From the NCBI RefSeq assembly GCF_009914755.1, contig NC_060942.1: 64,000 bases of DNA; one strand, given 5' to 3'. Every line of letters starts with the position of its first letter. Within the stretch, counting starts at the first letter, position 1. Below, piece by piece: positions 56,703 to 64,000 of this stretch. A program made the translations under genes and the position numbers. The notes under the pieces were generated by a model. That model searched no databases, was not told where the DNA came from, and saw only the letters and a program-made list of their open reading frames with translations. This DNA is from the human T2T-CHM13v2.0 reference genome, Homo sapiens.

Positions 56703-56861
56703 TATTTTTAATTTTTAATTTTTGTGGGTATATAGTAGGTGTATATATTTATGGAGTACATGAGATGTTTTGATACAGACATGCAATGTGAAATAAGCAC
56801 ATCCTGAAAAACAGGTTATCCATCTCCTCAAGCATTTATCCTTTGAGTTACCAACAATCCA
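56703..56861 (-). mobile_element. L1MA2/3 3' end
   Basis: tttttgtgggtatatagtaggtgtatatatttatggagtacatgagatgttttgatacag; TSD attatca(g/a)tta. Confidence 0.85.
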
Positions 56862-56899
56862 ATTATCAATTAGACTAATGTATGGTTTGCTCTTAAGAA

Positions 56900-57420
56900 A
56901 TTAAAAACCCAATGTTTCACTGATATACACCGTGCTAACAGGAACATCAGAAAACACAAATTAAACTGAGAGTCTATTTAACGAAGTTGGCAAAAGCTGA
57001 AAAGTCTAAAAGTATCAAGCAGACAGGGATATAGGAAAAAAAGAATGCTCAAATTCTGGTGTATCCACATCAATGAGAAATTTAGCTGTATCTATAAAAG
57101 TAGACACTATGCTTCCCCATGACCCAAAAATATTCTAATTGTGGTCCTCTAGCAAAATTCTTGTTCATGTGCGGTACACATGGACTGGAGAAATATTTGC
57201 AAAATCTGTTTAAATGGTGCCTCTGGGAGAGAGAGAGATTTTGAATTTGAGAAGGAAACAAGGAAGACATCAAGTGTTACATCTTACATCATTTACACAT
57301 AAAATAAGATAAAGTAATAAAATATGAACATTAACTGGGTTGAGAACATAAGACCGTAATGTATTCCCTGTGCATTTATTTTGTAAACTTTAAAATAAAA
57401 ATAATGAAAAAATAAATAGA
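56900..57420 (+). mobile_element. Ancient L1ME 3' fragments
   Basis: ttggcaaaagctgaaaagtctaa..tatcaag; ccccatgacccaaaaatattcta..aaattcttg. Confidence 0.5.
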
Positions 57421-58279
57421 GAAACAGCATAGCCTTTTTCCTTTCTGAAAATAAAAAGTAAAAGTGTTCAGTCATACAGCATGCTAATCGTTTCCTAAGG
57501 AAAATGTTCCTCCCCACAAAGAGGCTCTGCTATTATTCTCATCACATGAGACTTCAATATGGGAAAGGAGAATCTGTACAAAATTCATTTTTCTCATGTG
57601 TGGGGGTAATGTGGGGGTTGGGTATGAGTGTGCGCATGTGTATTTGGAAGTAGGAAGTAGTTTATAAGGCTAGGTCAGGCTCCTGATGCAGAAGTGGCAT
57701 TGGTGCCAGTAGGATTTATACTTTCTACAGTTGCATATAGCCTATCGTTGGGTAACAAGCCACAGCAACAGCAGTTTCCCTATCAGATAGTTCTGTGTTG
57801 TGATTTTAACATTAATTTTGGAAATTTAATCTCAAGCCTAGTGAGGTTTCACTTCTCTAAAAAATTCAGTGAGCTACTCAATATCTATTCAACCCTTTCT
57901 ATGGTAAAACGTAATATAGGTTCAGAAAAAGGTAATTCAAATGGTAGCTTAGTGAATTATTATTGTAAGGATAACCTTTGTAACCACAACTCAGGGGAAG
58001 AAATAGAACTTGCCATCTACCCTAGAGCCAATCGCCACTCTTCCTTCTAATTAAAAGTCTAATCTGACTTTTAAAGAAATTATTTACTTGTTTTTCATTA
58101 TAGCTTTATTACCAGAATAAATGTTTAAATAGTACAGTTACTTGTTTTAAAAACTTTGTCTCTCTCTCTCTCTCTCTCCCCCTACCCCAATCTCTCTTTT
58201 TTGTCCACTCCCTCTCTTGCCCCTCCCCCCCAATATCCCTATAATCTATATGTTAAAGAACTGGGTAATTTAACTTGTA

Positions 58280-60260
58280 GTTTCCACAGGATGTCTTTTT
58301 CTATTGTAGCTCTGTAGTGGAATTTCACGTTTCATTGTTTTCTGTATTTTCTGTAACTTGCAAATTACATATAAAGGATTGATCATATTCTGATTTGATT
58401 TTTTAAAAATTATCTCATAGTTGGTGTTGTTTTCTTCAGTCAAGAGGTCCACAGAGCTGTCTTTCATTCTGTAGGTTTATCAGCAACTGATGCTTAAAAC
58501 CTATTAGGCACTGCAAAAAAAGGTAATATTCTAATTTGATCATTGCTTCTTCAATTATTAGCTAGACTACACCTATGAAGAGACATTTTTTCTGCATCTC
58601 CTATGTAATTACCCAGTAGAACAACTCTTAATTTAGAACAACTTAGCTCTTTTCCTTATTTATTGGCTTTGAAATATTTATTTGGTTTTATGCCAACTTC
58701 TAAAGTTGACCAATTAATTTATTTATGAAGTCCACTTTGAACTCACACATTTAGACATACTTCATGTTTACCAAAACATTAGTTATTATCCTATTGACAA
58801 ATTGTCACCTCTTTAGACACTGGGCCTCTTCAAATTGGCTCCTAAGTCCATTAGCCATGACCCTTTTAGTCTCTGATAGCTTCAGTGATATCTACAGTGA
58901 CAAGATGTTTCTGGATTATCTTGAAAACGTCGACCCAGATCTCTGGAATCACATATTACTCCAAGATGCCTTTATTTGTTTAAGTTTATCTTAAGAGGAA
59001 AATTGTTTTTACTATGCTGCATTTGGACTTCAGGAATGTTCATTACTATTAGGCTAGGCATTATTTTGACATTTTCAAAGAGCAGGTCTGGAACACACAC
59101 ACACATACACACATACTTTCAAAGAGAAAATTCTTCACGATCTGAAAATAATACGACTTGCCATTCAATTTCAAAATGGCAGGGTATTGACAGAAGCTCA
59201 TTTATTTTATATCTATATCTCATTTCTCTACCCTGAGAATGTGATTTTCAAGATCACTAGAGAAGATAAATAAAATGCCACATAATTATGTACTTGTGCC
59301 ATCCCATGTGTTACCTTCACAACAACCCCAGAATTACAATACCAATATTAACATCACCAATCAAAATGATTATTCAAAGTAGTTAAAAAGATTTTTGCTT
59401 ATGTTTTCCCACTTCTCTCTCAATTTTTGCATATTTACATTGTCAGAGCATATCAACATGACATACTATATTCTTTTCATATAGTCCTCATTTTGTATTA
59501 GTTGAATGAGTAAATATTTTATTAACAATCATCCCCAGTATTTATGTCAATCCGTCTTTGGTCATTTTCTCTGAAGTTCATGTTCCAGTAAATGGCACAG
59601 AAGGGATTTACAGGAACAATATTTTCTAAATTCTTGGATACAGATAAAAATGGGCTTTACAATGGGAAGTCAATTTGGCTTGACTTAGTTTTTGGCCCAC
59701 ATTTTCTGTCTATGAGTATCTTAACTTGATTATAATGCATTATAAATGTGTAATAAAATATCACATGTACCCCCTTAATCTGTACAGTTTTAAAAATATG
59801 TAAAAGAATTGAAAAAAGTGCAGTGCTCCAATTCTCTTGATATAAAGTGTTGCTATTTAAAAGCTGATAAAAATATGAGTTTCTTCTAAGTAACTGGGTG
59901 ATTTTCATGAATGTTTAATAATTATTTGTGCTTTTTCTTTAATGTCTGATAATGTTACTTTAATATACCTTGATATCGGTTTTTCTGAGTCAATTTTCTC
60001 AAATACAAATGTATTCTTTCAAACTGTAATTTTAAATACATATATTTTTAAATTTTAGGACAGTTGATGGGTTTTGTTTTGTTTTGTTTTAAAAGTGTAT
60101 CATTTAGTGACTGTAGTGTTTCCTGCCTTTTTATTTGAGGAAAAGAGAAGTTGGAGGCACTACTATAGTACCTATTTTGAATTTTTTTGCTTACTGTTTT
60201 TCTCAAATACTTTTATCATTTTATTTCTTTTTTTGTTTCTTGAATCTTTCTCATTTTCAG
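58280..60260 (-). mobile_element. Ancient L1MC/L1MD-type fragments
   Basis: ttttctgtattttctgtaacttgcaaattac, tcaaattggctcctaagtcc, acatttacattgtcagagcata, aggaacaatattt; diverged. Confidence 0.55.
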
Positions 60261-62789
60261 TTTCTATTTCTCCTCTTGTGGTATCGGCCTGTTTGCTTAA
60301 AATTGTGGTTAGGCATTTGTGTCTTGTCAAGGGCCCTACAACTTTCACTAGTGTGTTCTCATGCCCTAAACAGTTCACAGTATGAACTAAATAAACATTT
60401 GGTCAATTAAATTATGAATATTAGGTGTAAGATTATATTTCTGTCTCCATACAACTTTAAAAAAGAAGAAATGGTCAATTAAATCAAAATGTTCAAGCCT
60501 AATATTTATCTTCTTATGGCCCATGGTGGGTAAGGGGCAAATATAGTGAGTTTAATGAAAAGTAACTACACAAAGAAACATTAACTTAAAAAACAAAACT
60601 TTGAGAAAAGTCAGAATAACTTGAATTCTTAACACATAAAGGTATGGGGTGGGGAGTTAGGTGACTAGTAAAGCTAGTTTAAAAAAAAAAAAAGAAGAAG
60701 AAGAAGAAAGGTGAAATTCAAATTGAAAGAATAATGCTTAACTTTCCTGGGAGGAAACATAAAAGGGAAAAGATGGCATGATCCTTTTTTTTTTTTTTTG
60801 CGATGAAAACTTTAAGTTAAATAATGTCTTTGTGTATATTCTCAGCTGCTGCACAAGCATTCATTCTATTTCGCCTTTTCCCTAGTAATATTTTAAAATT
60901 AAACTCAGAATTTTTTTCCTCTCCTCTTAAGAAATGTGTTTAGTTTCTCTCAAGACAGTTGAGCAAATGCTGGAAGATTGGAAGTACCCAGGTTGCAAAG
61001 CTGGCGGGCTATTCACCAGTAGAGATAATTTAGCACTTTACTCTATCACTGAGATTATGGTTAACTTTACAGTGTAAGAATTATTTGTTTGCTGTAGTAA
61101 ATTTAAAAAGACAACATTTTCTGAATATTTGTAGTGGTAATCTCTTTAATTTAACATTGTCACTACATTAAGAAAATATCTGTCCAACTTAACCGATTTT
61201 GTTACTAAAGAAGAGAAGAGGAGGAAGAAAAAGGAAAAAGAGGTAACAGTCTATTTGAAATAAATTTCAAAACTCTAAACTGCTTCAAAAATTACATGTC
61301 TTAACTCTGGAATAATTATTGATCTCATTTATATTTGATCAAATTAATATAATACTAGAAATCACTAATTCCTCCAAATGCAGTATTGAAAGATAGTTTT
61401 CAGGAAACATTAAAATCATGGCTGTCATACAAATACAGAAATTAACATGCTTTAAAGATTTTACTGTACTTATTTGATATGAGCAAACCAAGCAAATGTT
61501 AATATTGCTTTAAAAAAGCACAAATTTAAATGAAATAAAGGAATGTTGTTTTGGCTTGCAAATGAGGACAAAAGTGCATTTTCCAGAAGGGAGAAAATCA
61601 ACTAAAATCATTACCAAACAGGACACCATCTAAGTATCCATTAGTTATCCACAACTAATAAATAATTGCAAAGTACTTCAAAGACAATAATCAGAGTTAG
61701 AATCACATAATCTGGAAAAATATGCTACAGACAGAGCATAGTTTTCTATTGAAACACATATCCACAAATTCTACAGTAATTCCCTAGGGAGCATGATACA
61801 AAGAGGAGGCAGTAATTCTCAATCTTTGCATTTATATTAATGTCACTAATTTTTGAATATTTTCAAAGAACACCAAAAACAGGTTTCTGCTTGTTTTAAA
61901 GAAGATTTTAATTACTTCTTTCTCTGTAACATAAGCAAATGAAGACTAGGGGACAGACAGGCAATTTGATAGAAAATCAAAATGAGCAAATACCTAAGCA
62001 ATAATAAATGAATAAAAACACATAGTTATAAGTATATTCTGCACTCAAAATATTTTACTTTGGGGAGGTAGGCTTAATGTAAAATAGTCTCTACTGACTA
62101 CACAAAGATAATGATAAAAACTAAATCAAGTCAAGTATAATTTGGGGTCAGTGGTCCACTGCCAATCAGCCATCTGAAACTCCAAGGGAACCTGATATGA
62201 AGTAGAATTAGATTGGCTTAAGCTATATATTTATTTGCTTATTTATTTTGTTCTACTCCAAGGGCTCATACTTTACTCAATCCCTCCAAGGATTAAAGCT
62301 AAGGAAATGGGAATGAATGGAAACTGGAGAGATTTAAAAAAAGACCAAATGTATTTTGAAATCTCATTCTAGACAGGAAAGGATACATAGATCTTGCTGA
62401 CAGATGATTTTGCCTTTTTTAGTGGCTAATTTAGACTAGCATAAAACTGATTTGAATATTTTCATGTCAGTGAGGCAGAAGGTTGAGGGGAATGCATAAT
62501 ACAATTGTGATCACACAGGTTCTGTAGTTGTCCAAGTGGGCTTTCAGGTCTCAAGTGGGGACAGAGTGATTTCACAGTACCTCTTATGCAAATCATGGAT
62601 CATTTTAATCTATCATTTAAAAATATATGAAAATTTCTAGGCAAATTTAATATGTTTTACTTTACTATTATCAAATGGAGATATAACTTTCATAGAATTA
62701 CATGAGAAATTATTTAACGTGTTCTTTTGCCTGAAAATATTATTATTAAACTACCCAAGAAATAGATGAGGGTACTTGGAAATGGAATG

Positions 62790-62978
62790 ATGAATACTTG
62801 TCACAAATGGCTCTGTTCCTAACTACGATGTCCAAGGTGGACACTGCTAATTGAACTCAGAGCACTTCATAGCTCAGCTGAGATGTAGCCTCAGAATATT
62901 ACTTAATGCAAGACTCCAGGCAGCTTCTACCAATCCTTTGGAGTTAACAAGAAAGTTTAAACCTATTTGCCACCACTG
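62790..62978 (-). mobile_element. Ancient hAT MITE (MamRep38-like)
   Basis: Reverse complement cagtggtggcaaataggttt..gattggtagaagctgcctggag..attctgaggctacatc. Confidence 0.5.
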
Positions 62979-63370
62979 TTTTAGATGATCAATTATTGAT
63001 TCTATACCACAGAGACCAGAAGGTAAAATAACCAGTGAATCAAAACCTGACTGGGAAAGAATATAAGTTCTATTTTCTGTTTTCACAAACAGCTTTTTAT
63101 TGGCTTCACATAATCCTTGGTATAGGGTCCATTTCGTTGTTTTAACAATTATTCCTGACCCCATGAAAGCTCCTGCAAAGGTCTTTAGGTATCCTAGGAA
63201 ATATGAAATAACAAGAACTCAATGGATGTGAGTGGCTAAATTGGACAACTCCTACTCTGTCAACTCCTATATTTAGATTCTCACAATGGGAGACCACCTC
63301 TTTTAAAGGCACTCAATTTCAAATTTAGCAATTTCCCTCCATATGTGTCTTCCTTTCAAACTGCAGCCGG

Positions 63371-63715
<345 letters not shown>

Positions 63716-64000
63716 CTAAGCCTTCATGATCACTCTGCTGATAAATTCTCTCTTTAGCTCGGTGAATCACTGCACACCAGCTTATTTCCTTCATTGGGAA
63801 AAACAGATACCCATCTTAATTTATTTGGTACTCATATTTGTTTCACTCCTTTTTGATTTTATAGTATAGCAACTGAACTTTTAATAATGCTTCATCCTCA
63901 TTTTTCATGTCCAAACATCAACATTCCTATATATTACACATGATTATGAGCTCTTTCACTTGTGATAACTTTTTTTTTTTAACATTCCCCAACAACTCCA

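Noticed and set aside
60940-61080. Possible small exon/ORF (MLEDWKYPG...)
   Set aside because: Short, weak splice signals, no recognisable homology

Overview
AT-rich, CpG-poor primate DNA, very probably human (AluY/AluS/AluJ, L1PA, THE1, LTR7 and MER85 are all present), from an intergenic or deep-intronic region. I can support no intact protein-coding gene, tRNA/rRNA, CRISPR array or CpG island. Most listed ORFs are Alu/L1/LTR translations or chance ORFs. The only gene-derived feature is a processed RPL29 pseudogene on the minus strand (~54260-54916). Much of the window is layered interspersed repeats, many with readable target-site duplications (TSDs). I did not find a new biological system. 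The most unusual signals are repair and retrotransposition scars: (1) one TSD-bracketed L1PA insertion at 40162-41550 combining a 32-nt 3' transduction, a 5' inversion and a permuted inverted segment; (2) a 21-nt templated insertion in a THE1 LTR that matches an L1 2.3 kb upstream; (3) a 112-bp dispersed duplication of apparently unique sequence; (4) a MER85 piggyBac MITE, a solo LTR7B-type LTR and a very young AluYc1-like insertion. Subfamily names come from recalled consensus sequences, not a database search. Boundaries of old repeats are approximate.
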